A DNA stretch of 64,000 bases. It comes from Phoronis australis. Taxonomy: Eukaryota; Animalia; Phoronida. The stretch is from the NCBI GenBank assembly GCA_002633005.1, contig NMRA01000163.1, positions 342,071 through 406,070 on the forward strand, given 5' to 3'. The notes below the pieces were generated by a model. The model saw only the letters and a list, made by a program, of their open reading frames with translations, had not been told where the DNA came from and searched no databases. Position numbers and translations under genes: made by a program. Below are positions 13,410-26,900 of the stretch, piece by piece; the stretch's first letter is position 1; every line of letters starts with the position of its first letter.

Positions 13410-15819
13410 CTCTGGAGTTCCGAATAGTAGTAGAGACAGCAATAATAGTATAGACTGGAAATTTTCACGATTTTTAATAATAGTAGAGACTAACAATAGT
13501 ATAGACCCAACATTTTGCCACTAGAAAAGTAGAATAATAGTATAGACCGGAAATTGTCGAAAAAAATTAATACTAGTATAGAATGAAATAATGATATAGA
13601 CGGCAAATTTGTGGATATTTAAACATAGTATAGACTGGAATAATAATATTGGTTATAAATTTAGGTAAAATCAAATAATGATATCGAAGAGAATGATAAT
13701 GTAAAACAGCAAATTCTAAGAAATAATGGTACAGTATAGACGGGAAATTTGTGGAAAATTAAAAATAGTTAGACTGGAATAATAACATTGCGTAAAATCT
13801 AGTAACGGTAGATGGAAATAATAGGAAGTGCAAAATCTAATAATGATGTAGATGGGATTGGAATAATAATGCAAAGAAGCATATTCTGTCTGACTTACCA
13901 CCACTATAAGTAATTGTTTCAAAGAAAAACTTTGAAATTGAACATTAGCATAGTTAAATTATTGCAGTGGTGTATCCACCCATGCCATAACATAGTACAG
14001 TGAAGTGGAATAAAGTGTCATTGCTAAAACAAAGACCATTCGTTTATTCAATAACTTTAAATGGAAGTCTAAAAGTATATAGATGTGTTTCAAACAGTAT
14101 GCATTATCATTTTACTAAAAAAAGAATGTGACATTCATACTAGTGATGACAATGTCAACTAAGTCCAAAAATTATAACAAGGAGGTAAAGATTTCAGCAG
14201 CAACGTCCAGTCTTCCACGAAGCCGGCAGTCTGAATAAATACAATAAAGTGTCTTGGTAAAACGAGTCGCAGTTTAATCATACATATTCCTGACAGTCGA
14301 GCCTTTGTTTCTCTCAATCTCATGTCTTGCACAACGTTCATAGTCAATACCCTCGGAATGTTAGTCAGAATTCGACGTCAAAAAGTCGGTACATCCAAAA
14401 TTTTACACGGCCAGAAATTGAAATTTCTTGCAGAATTGCAAAACATTCGAGTCCACGACCACAACTACGTCCACCATCTTTAATGTCTAATTAGGTATAA
14501 TAAACAAGCTGATTCACGTGCGCTTTTCCATTTATGTGGACGGGAGAGTAAGTAGAAATGAATTTCAATAGATATCGACTGGATTATCGAACGTTAGCAA
14601 CTATGTCATTTTCAAGATTGTCTCAGGTCCATTCTTCCTGTTCATAAAAACAATCTATTCTCAAGATGTCCGATGTTGTCGGCAACTTGTTGGTACTTTG
14701 TTGATTTTAGGAAACTGGTTCCTAGGTTGATTGAAAGGTTCGGCACCGTTCATTAACTGCACGGGTATTTGCGCTTCGTCGACTTGCCGCGTTATCACCA
14801 CGGTCCGTATCTGTAGCTGGATTATTTGTCGTACCAGCATCTGAATCAATGTCTGTATCTGGAACATCTCTCGGTTTGTAAAATAATCCTCGAATTCTTT
14901 AGGCCTTTGCGCGGCAGACGACATGATTAAGTATGTTGAATGTGCATGTCAATAATGACGAAAACCGCAGATGACACTGGCTGTGCTAAATCCCGGAATT
15001 ACTCCCCCGGAAACCCAAACTTCGGGGACAGACACAGTGAAGACTTGGTACGGCTTGCCAGTTTTTCACAGAGTGCAATCATAAATATTGGATTACCCAA
15101 AGAAACTCGTCGAAAGCGTTTTTATTCATATGTACGTTGAGCTGTCGGTAACACCGGTCTGTGTCACGGGGCGCGCGGAATATTGAAAAATGCACTTTTT
15201 GTGCATTAAATTCATCATTTCTGAAACTACTGATGGCCTATTTCTTTGAGCGACTGCCGACCAGCCGTTAATATTAAGAGAAGTGGTAATCATTTCAAGC
15301 TTTTTAAATTTTGCCAACACTTTCTTAATTCTGACCGATCCCGTCGAACCTGTCCAAAATACCATTCTGGCCGTCCAACAGAAGGCCACTGCGTAAACCG
15401 TTGCTTGGGAGTCCGATTATTTTACGCTTTGAAGCATACAGTTATATATTTTAGCGAAGAAAATCTTTTAATGTGTATTACATGTGACTTCCGTGTGTAA
15501 CGCGGAGTCGTATATAGCTCTTCTAAATTATGAAATCTGAACCGAGTGTCTCGTGGTCTAGAGGTTTAGAGCGAATTTAGAGCGAAGAAATCACGTCTTA
15601 CGACCAAGGTACGATACCCGGTATCTATGTCTAAGTTTTGGAGTAACAAATATGTAATGAATAAAACAAAAATTGAGAACTTGCTGAAACAAATAATCGT
15701 GGAGAGTGGAAAAAAGTTAGAAAATTAATAAACGTAGAGACCCGAATAAGCGTCGTATAGACCGGAAAACGAGTCTGAAAAAAATAATCGTATAGATACG
15801 ACTATTCGGAACTCGAGAG
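13410..15819. mobile_element. TA-flanked TIR DNA transposon (Tc1/mariner-like), non-autonomous, 2.4 kb
   Basis: TA|CTCTGGAGTTCCGAATAGTAGTA ... TACGACTATTCGGAACTCGAGAG|TA, with a subterminal array of AATAATAGTATAGAC-like repeats. Confidence 0.82.
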
Positions 15820-16037
15820 TAATGGTGATCCTTGATTCACCTAGCTGGTTCTAGGATGACTTGCAACAGCAAGTAATCCATCAGCTGCGTAAGCAATACA
15901 TTGCCTCATCTTCATGATATTCCTATTTGGGGATTGCTCGACAACTGTTTTACTTGGTGATTGTTACAATAAAATCTACATCAGAAAATGCTTAGACTGG
16001 CTACCAAATATCACTCACAAAACTACAGCAACTGACA

Positions 16038-16190
16038 TTTTGAGCATTCCATTCAATATTGCCCGAATCGGCAACTGGCCACTTTTAAAACTGTGAGCGC
16101 TCCTGGCACACATGGTAAAAACAGGAATGCATGCAGTATTAAAAATGGCCAGTTGTTGATTTGGGCAACTGATCAATGGACTGCTCGAAA
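16038..16190. repeat. Inverted repeat / hairpin of about 150 bp
   Basis: ttgcccgaatcggcaactggccacttttaa pairs with ttaaaaatggccagttgttgatttgggcaa, and pairing extends outward. Confidence 0.8.
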
Positions 16191-16565
16191 AAAGTTCGAT
16201 TACGCTTTACAGTACACGGCCTAATACGGGATTATTTGTTGGAATTGGAAGGAATTAAATGCACCTACGTCCGACCTCCTAAAGTATCCCTCTATGCTCA
16301 AAAAGCACTTATAACAATATGAATTTCATGTTTTAATCAGTGTGAGGCATAATTCGCCGAAAAGCTGCATGTGAAACTTCACTGTCCCTACGACGAGGAT
16401 GGCCAGTCGAGATGGTGGTGCACTGACAGTCTGACACTGTCTACCAAAGCAGGAACAATTTGTTCGATATTCGAACTCTCAGTACCCACAGTGCAGGCTC
16501 ATAATAATTAAACAGATCTGATAGGTAAAACGTTTACATTCTAAACCAAATGGCAATCCAGTTAC

Positions 16566-16700
16566 CTTATATGACTTATTGAAGTGGAACTGAGGCGATC
16601 ACCATCTCCAAATCCCATATCTGGGAAATCGGAAATGTGCACTGCAAGAGACATCTGGTGGTGTTTGCTTTCATTCTTCGCTTATTATCAAATAAATAAT
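16566..16700 (-). other. TBC1D20: Putative 5' leader exon of TBC1D20 (5' end not defined)
   Basis: AG|GTaac donor at 16565 near the divergent promoter; contains upstream ATGs. Confidence 0.4.
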
Positions 16701-16899
16701 AACATAAGGTCACAGTTGTGTAATTATTGACTGTCTCTATTTGCACTGTGAAATTCAGTTTCAAAATTTGAAACAAAAATATTATTCAAACGAAACTGGT
16801 TTGAATCTATCATCGTTCTGTCGTGCATTATAGTTTCTATAAGGGTTTTTTGACCATGACCTTTAACCTTCAAAATGTCTCCGGTAAACAAAGTGCGGA

Positions 16900-17250
16900 T
16901 GAGACGTTCTCTCAGTACAAATAAAGTCATAGAAGCGAGGGAAGTTGAAAAAAAGGAAATGTTGGACCTTCCTTATAAGGTGTAAGTACTAAAGAACTAG
17001 TGTATTTTGAAATTTAATGACTCACTTGGTTATCTATTCGCATGTTCGCAACCAAAATGATGAAACCGGAAGAGTAGTTCACTGAAGTTCAATCAATGCC
17101 ATGGGTTGGTGTTCATGCGTGTTTCATGTCTTGAACACGTGAGGCGCCACTGGTCCTCACCGGTGAAAGAATAAGTGTTTACCACCGGTTATCTGGGCTC
17201 ACACACTGTTTACCCCCCTGCTGCTGGCCTGAGAACACCGAGAGAGTCAT
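16900..17250. promoter_or_regulatory. Probable bidirectional promoter region between TBC1D20 and DGAT1
   Basis: Head-to-head gene arrangement about 1 kb apart; ETS-like ACCGGAAG near 17065 and E-box CACGTG near 17136. Confidence 0.4.
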
Positions 17251-17611
17251 CTGCAACTGGAGGAGGTCCTTTTCTGGAGATAGCTGTGCACATTGGCAAG
17301 AACAGTTTTAATGTTGAGGCTGCTAATGCTGAAAACTTGCTAATTTTAGCTAGCAACTGATGGTTGGCATCCTTGTGGTTTCTTAACCTTTCCAGGCAAC
17401 ATTAGGTGAATAGCATCAAGGAGTGCTCGTAGCCATCACAGTTTCTATGGGTCAGTTGCAAGTGTCAACTTCCTCAATTGCAAAGTGTCTTTTAGTGGCC
17501 ACATCCAACATAAAGATAACCAAGAGTTGGATGCATCTGGGTGTTTGAGCTTGGAAATTTCTATATCTACTATACAAAAGCAAGGTGATCTGGTCCTGGT
17601 AACTGCAGTTC

Positions 17612-17940
17612 ATGAAGTCGAGAACAAGACACACGATGAATAAGAAACACCTATCCCAAGCGCACTTGTCGCAGAGACTCATGAAAAGGCCGCACGCAAC
17701 AGAAGAGTGCAACAAAAGTGAGAAATTTTGCCAATCCAGGGACCACTCTTTAAAGAATGTGAATTGCATTTCCAAGGTCCAAGCGAATGTCCAGACACCA
17801 AGAAGGCATTACTTTCAAGATTGGATTTTTCAGTATTTTGTTCCACATTGGTGGAATGAGCCAGAGTTCTTCTGTGTACGCCCAAAACCAAGTTCTACAT
17901 CTAATGAAGCCAGCGGTGATCGTCCTGTAGCCCAGCCAAG
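17612..17940 (+). CDS. DGAT1: DGAT1 first coding exon (start codon uncertain)
   Basis: Open frame ending at an AG|GTaagg donor in phase 2, matching the next exon; several possible ATGs. Confidence 0.65.
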
Positions 17941-20900
17941 GTAAGGCTCCAGGCAGGTGCAGCACACGATATATGCCTTCCACTGATCGCTGGTCTCTCA
18001 GTATACAGAAATTGGTTTTCCTGTCTTATTTTAGTGAGCTACTGTTATGTTGAATTTAGTAGTTTAATGCTTTGAAAGTACAAATAGTATATAAGTTTCA
18101 GCATTTTGCAGACAATTTGACTTTGAAATCCATTCAGGGATGACTGTTCAAAACCCAAAGGGGGTAATAAAACAATAATCTTCTCAGCCAGGACCATGAG
18201 CCCTTTTTATGCTGTGTTTACTTACACAGACCAAGTGTTACAGTGAATAAGAGCAGGGTACACAAAGAATTACATTCGCTGTCCTTGCATGACCATTTGT
18301 AAAGGCCTTGAAATGACGCAGATGATTTACAAATGTTTACAAAATTCTAATCCACTATCTACACTAGTAAGCCCCTCCAGCCCAAAATGCTAAATTTATT
18401 AATTTATTCAAATCACATTGGTATGGTGTTTACCTGAAATGCAGTGTGCCTTGAAATCATTCTTATTTCCCATTATTATTGTGTCTGAGATATGTAGCTC
18501 ACATACTAACCTGGTAACATATTGTACAGGTCTGATGATAAGAGATAACCATGATTGAAGTCGTATTTACAGTGAACGGTTATTTTGGATTAGACTTTGT
18601 TTTGTCTTGTGTTCTTTTTTCAGAAAAAATATTAAAGTTTTGTAGTGATGTGGGTTGCTTGGTTTCGTTTTGAGTCTTTCGTATATCTGTTATCTGATCT
18701 CATAGCGTTGATCTTGATGACACCTGTTGCCAGTTGTCAGTACTTCTGCATGCTTCAAGGTGGATGGTAAAAAGTCCATTGACTGTATGAAAAAATAAAT
18801 AATAAACATTTAATCTGAGTACAGTAACACAAATATGGCGTTTTTCATGAAAGTATTATTTAGTAGTCTTACAAGTTAAGAGAAAAGTCATCGATCCCAT
18901 GTGCTCAGTCCTCTCCACTGTTTTGTGACAGTTTCCAACAGCAAAAGGACCTAACAACTTGACTTTTGTTATTTTGTCTAGCGTTCATCACCAGACAGAT
19001 TCGCTGTTCAGCTCTTCTAGTGGTTTCAACAACTACCGCGGCCTCCTCAACCTATGTATCATTCTTTTGGTATGTATTTCCTGATTGTCTGTATCTTGTG
19101 AGCTGCATGAAAAAGTACAATTTCTTACCACAATTACTCCTATTTGCAAAATAATTTCACTGTGAACCACATTTAAAAGACAGCTATCACTGGTACTAGT
19201 AAGCACATTTCAGTGACTAATGGTTCTGGTGAAATGACAGTCATTGCAGGATTGAATACATCCAAGCGAACTCTTATCTGATCCCATGAACGCCTTTTCC
19301 ATGGTGATGAAGTTTTTCTCTTTTTATTGACATTTAAAAAGCCAGTTTTCCTCATCAGCACCTCCTGGTGAATAAGTAGTCGGCCAATGTAAAGCAAATT
19401 ATCTCAAAATTGAAGTTATCAAATATTTTGGTAAAGCTGCTCATTTCCTTCGTTTCTTCTCAAAAACCCATGGATGGTGCCATTTTGAGATTCACAAACC
19501 AAAAATTCATGAATAATAGCAAATCTATGAGCCCGCAATCAACAAGGGAATTATAGCACTTTATTTTGTTGTTTGTACCACCAAACAAAATATCTGGATT
19601 TCTTGTCAGATCGTTTGATCTGTAATCTTACCTCTGACCCAAGCACTTGTAGTACGTCACCATGGCATTGTGGTTGGCATTACAGTTAGTCACATGATAT
19701 TTGCGAGACATTTGCATTTAAATGTGCTACCCAACAGTTCATTGTTCGTGTTTCAGTAGTTCACTGATTAACGAGTTATTGGTTTTGATAGTTGAATGTA
19801 TAGAGTTACCTTCCTTGTCTAATAAAAAATAGAAAATGGAAAAGTAGATTGAAGTCATTCCTCAAGGTCTGCTATTTGGATTTTAAAGGTTGTGTCCAAT
19901 GCGAGAGTGGCGTTAGAAAACATTATCAAGTGAGTATATTTCGTAGTTAACTTTTGGTGTGAGGATACTTAAGTATGTTTTTACAGGATAGAGGATAAGT
20001 AAGGTGTCACCAAATTAGGACGCAGTTTGGCCCCACAAATGATACTTTTAAGGATGGGGATAGTTGATTTGGTTATTATTCTGGTCCTTGTTCAGTTTCT
20101 CGCATCATGTGCTAAGCAAATGAGACACCTATTGTCCACCATGGGAAGCTAAGGTGTTACTTTTATGGTTATAATTGAAAGATCAATCTTTACCATTTTC
20201 AAGTTCTTTTCCATAGGAAACCATCTGAAAGTATTTTAAAAAGTGTGGCCGTGGACAACAATATTTACTTTTTAAAGTTTTAAAAATGTCCATTTTAGCT
20301 ATTAGTATTGTTCAAAATTTATGTAAGATTTTACCTTTAGTTACCAAATTATTAAACATCCTACTTGAAAACTAAGGAAATGGCAAAAATGATTCCTGTG
20401 CATGAGCACTAAGAAATTGCAACGATTCCTAGAAAATTTCATAAGATAATTGAGAGCATGGCTCATTTTGCAAGTTGTGTGGTGAGTTTTTGATGCACTC
20501 TAGGTCATATTTTGGACAAGTTTTGAATGGCATCATGATTTTGTAATTCCCGTCAAGTTTTATCAATTTATTTTCTTTGTGGAGAATGCTAAATAATGTC
20601 CTTTAAGAATCATGGAAATTGAACTGAATGAAAAACTTATAAGTTACCAGATGTGTTTCAAGTTTCTATCTTATCTTAGTGCAGTACTCGGCAGCTTTTC
20701 AATCTGTTCTACAATGTTTGTTTTTCAAAAATTACTGTCAGGGGTGTTTGCTTTTAAATGCATTTATCTGGGGAATTAATTTCTAGTGTAATTTTGAAAT
20801 GCATTTACTAGATAAGAAATTATCAGTCAAAAACTGTTTTTGTTTTTTGTTTTGTTTACATGCTACAGCTCGCATTTCTTATCGGCTTGACATGGAATTC

Positions 20901-23900
20901 ACACACAACGTATGTGTTGTTAATAGCTTGAGGCCTATCATGTTTGGTTGATTGGACACAAGATGGCGCTGTGGTGAAATTTAGTACTTGATCTATAGAT
21001 TTCATCCAACGCTATCTGGAGTAAGCCTTCAGTTCTTCGTTACACTTCAAAGTAACCATCCCCGTGATATTCGAGATTATACAATGACTGGTCGATAATT
21101 GAGTGATTTTTCCTGCCTGTTCTCCGGTATCCTATAAGTTGGTAGAACAATGGTATGTGGATCAATCTCATCAAGTGCTATCTCCATGATGCCATCCCGT
21201 TTCTCAGTAGCGTCTTACCATTCTCAAGATATTCAAGATTGACTGGACACTATTTCTTCGCTGCATTTTTGTTGATCTCTCATAATCGTGCTACAGGTCA
21301 CATTTTTGTTCTGATTGACACTAAATTTACTCAAATCATGCATCTTGCCTTCTTATAACAACTTCAAGGTGGTGATGTGTTTTCATCATTTCAAAAATCC
21401 ATTGGTCTGTTTACACCAACTTTTACCAGAGTCTAGCCTATTTACATTTAATTACAGGATGTTTCAGTTCATCAGCAGAGTTGAATGCTTGTAATAGGTT
21501 AGAGGAAAGCAGTCGACAGTCTGCATTAGGCCCTGCTATTTTAAGTCTGCCTTTTTCTGCTTGGAGCTTTCAATAAACACCAAATCATGAGAATCCTTTT
21601 AGATTTTTATAAGAGTCTTTAACTGTGTTTAATGAGGCTGATGACTAGCCAGACTGATTTTACCAGGTAGTAAATGTGAAATGGCCTCTGTGTTTAGATT
21701 GCAGTTCATATGAATTATTAGCCATAATATGTTGATTTATCAGATTGTAAATATCATCAGGAACTTGCTGAATTGGAAACTGCTTTAATGTATGCACACT
21801 TTTACCTTTTTATGCGCCCACATATTTATATGTGGACGCATTATGCCGTCATCTCCGTCCGTCCGTCCGGGCGGCGTCCGGCGTCCGCTGCTCTATCTCC
21901 AAAACCCTTTGACATACGTTCATGAAATTTGGCACATATGTTCCATTCATGAATGGGACGGCATGTGCGAACTTTCGGATGGATCCGACTACCGGTGTGC
22001 CCCCTAGTGGCAATTTTAGTTTTTTACGCTTACCTTTGTATCTTCAAAAGTCCTGAACGGATTTTCATGAAATTTGGTATGTANAAATTTCATAAGATAA
22101 TTGAGAGCATGGCTCATTTTGCAAGTTGTGTGGTGAGTTTTTGATGCACTCTAGGTCATATTTTGGACAAGTTTTGAATGGCATCATGATTTTGTAATTC
22201 CCGTCAAGTTTTATCAATTTATTTTCTTTGTGGAGAATGCTAAATTATGTCCTTTAAGAATCATGGAAATTGAACTGAATGAAAACTTCTAAGTTACCAG
22301 ATGTGTTTCAAGTTTCTATCTTATCTTAGTGCAGTACTCGGCAGCTTTTCAATCTGTTCTACAATGTTTGTTTTTCAAAAATTACTGTCAGGGGTGTTTG
22401 CTTTTAAATGCATTTATCTGGGCAATTAATTTCTTGTGTAATTTTGAAATGCATTCACTAGAAATTATCAGTCAAAAACTGTTTTTGTTTTTTGTTTTGT
22501 TTACATGCTACAGCTCGCATTTCATATCGTCGTGACATGGAATTCACACACAACGTATGTGTTGTTAATAGCTTGAGGCCTATCATGTTTGGTTGATTGG
22601 ACACAAGATGGCGCTGTGGTGAAATTTAGTATTTGATCTATAGATTTCATCCAACGCTATCTGGAGTAAGCCTTCAGTTCTTCATTACACTTCACAGTAA
22701 CCATCCCCGTGATATTCGAGATTGTACAATGACTGCTCGATAATTGAGTGATTTTTCCTGCCTGTTCTCCGGTATCCTATAAGTTGGTAAAACAATGGTA
22801 TGTGGATCGATCTCGTCAAGTGCTATCTCCATGATGCCATCCCGTTTCTCAGTAGCATCTTACCATTCTCAAGATATTCAAGATTGACTGGACACTATTT
22901 CTTCGCTGCATTTTTGTTGATGTATCATAATCGTGCTACAGGTCACATTTTTGTTCTGATCGACACTAAATTTACTCACATCATGCATCTTGCCTTCTTA
23001 TAACAACTTCAAGGTGATGATGTGTTTTCATCATTTCAAAAATCCATTGGTCTATTTACACCAACTTTTACCAGAGTCTAGCCTATTTACATTTAATTAC
23101 AGGATGTTTCAGTTCATCAGCAGAGTTGAATGCTTGTAAGAGGTTAGAGGAAAGCAGTCAACAGTCTGCATTAGGGCCTGCTATTCTAAGTCTGCCTTTT
23201 TCTGCTTGGAGCTTTCAATAAACACCAAATCATGAGAATCCTTTTAGATTTTTATAAGAGTCTTTAACTGAGTGTGTTTAATGAGGCTGATGACTGTAGC
23301 CAGTTTGATTTTACCAGGTAGTAAATGTGAAATGGCCTCTGTGTTTAGATTGCAGTTCATATGAATTATTAGCGGTAATATGTTGATTTATCAGATTGTG
23401 AATATCATCAGGAACTTGCCGAATTGGAAACTGCTTTAATATATGCACACATTTACCTTTTTGTTTTTGTTTTTATTTCTATTATTTATTGTTTTTTTCA
23501 ACTGATTGTTGTGCTGCAGGTACTGTTCTTGCTTTCAGATATGGCATTCTAGTGAATCCTCTACAGTGGATATCAGTGCTTCTTCACAAACCAGACAGTT
23601 GGCCTACCTTAAGTCTATCTGTCTGTGAGTGTCTGTACTTTAGATAAAACATGTGACAAGAGCATTCTCTTCAGTTTGGAGTTGTTATTATATTCAATTT
23701 GGTTTTACATCAGATTATTGTTGGTTCATTGGTGTAAATTTTTTGAAGTTATTTAGCTTTGACCAGAGCTATAAAACAACAGAATTCTTTGTGTTTATGT
23801 GATTTTTTTACAAATTGCCAACTTTCATGATTTGCCAAACGCTCACAGAAATCAAGGCCGATGTCTTTACCATATGGTTGAAATACTCTCACACATGGAA

Positions 23901-26900
23901 TTTGGATCAGCTGGGGAGCTAGCAGGTCAATTCTACTCTACTTCTAATTTCTGTAAAGTTTCTTTTCTTGCCAAGATATCTGTGCCTTTAATTTCAATTT
24001 TGTGACAAGAACAGAAAATAAAATGAATTATATACACCCACATTCAAGCATAGTCACTTAATGTGGAAAGAAAGTTCTCCAGTTTGGGCCAGTCTCTAAA
24101 ACTTGGGCCATGGAAATTCAAGCAGAAACTGAATGTTCTTGATTCTGATGATTGGGACAAATATGGTAGATTTTGCCATTTATCCTACAGTGTATTTCTC
24201 AACTCTGTTTTGTACCAAAACATTGACTTGGCAGTGGACAAAATTGTCAAAAAAACTGCCTACGCACATCCTTTTCATGCATCCTTGCAGTGTGTAACAT
24301 TGAGGTGAATGATTGTTTGTCTTTGATTGTAATTCTTGAAATTAGGAGATGGCCAATATTGCTTATTTTTTCAAATTTGGTACAAGCTCTAACCTTGAGA
24401 AAATAAATTTATTTTTTTGCTGTTCCAAACTGTAGAATGTTTCCGTAAATCATTCATTTTATGCTCAACATCATTAGTGGAGGTGTTCCTGTCATTACAA
24501 AATCCTCGGAGTTGGGATTTCATTTGCACATGACAGCAGTTTCTAAACCAAGCCTATTCCAGACATAACATCAATCTAGTCCATTGTTAAGCATTTCCCT
24601 GCTCTTTTGTACTGCATCACAACAAACAAGCCAATTATCTGCCATGGTTCAAAGGGTTGTTAAAGTGGATATCAGAGAACCAAAATCTAACATATCTGTT
24701 TTGGCTAATTTTATCCTATTCAGGTAAAATGACCTTGCATAACAATTACATGACTGCACAAGGAATTCATCATCAATTTTGTCTGGATACTATTTTTGTG
24801 TCAATTTATTCTGCTTAGTGCTTTGTTGCTTTGCAGCCATAGCCAATGTGGCAATATTTCGATTCGATGGTGATGTCATACATGTAGGTTGACTTAGGTT
24901 ACCTTTGCCTGCCATCTTTTAGTGCAAGCATAGGGCAGATTTGTTCGTTGTTCAGGGCAGTTTGCTTGTCATTTCTCTTGATTTAAAAGAATATTTCACA
25001 ATGATGGTGAATACCTGTTGCATTGTTGGCTATAGGATCTTAGATCAGAATTCCTAATAAACAGGCTTCTTGATGACATCGGGTTACGAAGTACAAAGTG
25101 CCATGAAATGGGCTGAGTTTCTAATGCCACCAGTGAGATCTAGTTGAAATAAAATCAGTAAATAATGTATGTATACTGGGTGCAATTTCTGTGCCTCCAT
25201 GATGGGTTTTTAGTTGTATACAATTGACTTTTTTACTAAACTTATAAGGCAGTATGATTAAGCAATTATTATTATAAATAAATGTATTTTTATTTTAGCT
25301 CTCATCAGCTTTGTAGTCATCACGTACTTAGTTGAAGTTTTGCTGTCCAAAGTAAGTAATCTACAGTTAAATCTTCTCTTATTTAGCAATATGGCTGACT
25401 TTTTTACAAAAGTGCACTGTCTTTAATTAGCCTATTACAAGCATGGTTTGCAGCATGTGGGTGTCAGAATTAAAACAAGATTGATGAAAGTTCCCATTAT
25501 TTTGAAAATAGTTGTCTGTCATTGAAGAGTGGAAAATTTCTTCATTGTACAAACTAATATTTTTGTACGAAATTAGCGTAGAATTGTGTTTTTAAAATAT
25601 TGACATTCATTTATATATCACAAAATATTCAACATGTCTCCTTGTCATGCATGATGATAGATTTTCAATTTTTTGTAAAATCTAATATGTACGATTAATA
25701 ACATGTTTTTTGAAATCTTGCATTGTGATTCTGTGTTGGAGAAGGACACTCCCAAGTATTTGCTTTCTGCATATTAAATTAAAATTGATTTTCAAAAAAA
25801 CGGACAAATATTTGTTCTCTACGAAAACCAACAAAATTTCCAAGCACTAACTCCCGTCTAACATTCATGTGATTTAGTATAATAGTTTTTCATTTTCCTT
25901 CTGACTTTCTGCCATAACCTTTTAACAAAGCCAGATGAATTTCAATGAAACACATTAACTTTTTTAAAACCTAGTATCTGTCAATTTTTTGAGTTTTCAT
26001 TGTTCTGGTGATTGCTGTTTATTCAAGAATGAATATTTAGTGCAAGGGGTACAACTCTTGATGTAGAAAAAATACTATCTGAATTTTTGTCATTTTATAC
26101 TGCATGAACATGCAGTGTAACACGGGGGAGGGGGGGGTCAGTCTCGGGTTGCTGCTGAAACCTTTTGTAACTTGTGTCTCATGCTGTAACAGCACCTACT
26201 TCATAGTTTGCATTATTCATCGGAATAATCTGACCAAAGACACAAGCGACCCTTGTTTTGTCATTTTTGTAAAACTACTATATGCATTTTTACCAGAAGT
26301 TTGGTTAAAGAGTGTTATAATTTGTGTTCCTTTCAGGACAAAATATCGGAAGGTTTAGGTCGTTTTATCCACATCATCACTCTTACCATTGAATTGGTCT
26401 TCCCTGCTGCTGTCATTCTCTACGTTCATCCTAATCCAAGTAAGTACCCTTACCATCCTGTGTTGAGGTAATTCTAAAAAAATGATGCTCGTATTTTCAT
26501 TTTCTGTCTTTTTCTGCGTTCCCGGCCATGCAGTTTAGAAGTTCAGTTCAGTGCAGTCTTCTGGGCAATGTCTGTCTTGCGTCGGAGTGACGCTTTCGCA
26601 CAGTTTTTCCTGGAGCTCTACCGGACTAGGCTGTAATTAATCAGCATTGACTACTGTTTGGGTATTGTTGTGTATTGACTTTACCTTGGGACATCCTGAT
26701 ACTCCCAATGGTGAGTGTTCAGTGTTTTGTTTTATCATAGTTTACGATCCTTACATAAGTCGTGTCATGAAATATCATTGACTGTTAATATAAATAACAG
26801 TAATAATTATATTGTGATTAGACTGGGGCTTACAAGAATTAGTGTTGTTTTTTAGTTAAAACAGGCTTTCTTTCCTGATTTGTGCACTATCTCAATATAA

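Noticed and set aside
21792-22007. 71-aa ORF with a twin at 46040-46243
   Set aside because: Chance frames in two copies of the same non-autonomous repeat.
21155-23003. Pair of near-identical 67-aa ORFs suggesting duplicated small genes
   Set aside because: By-product of the intronic haplotype duplication, with no recognisable domain.
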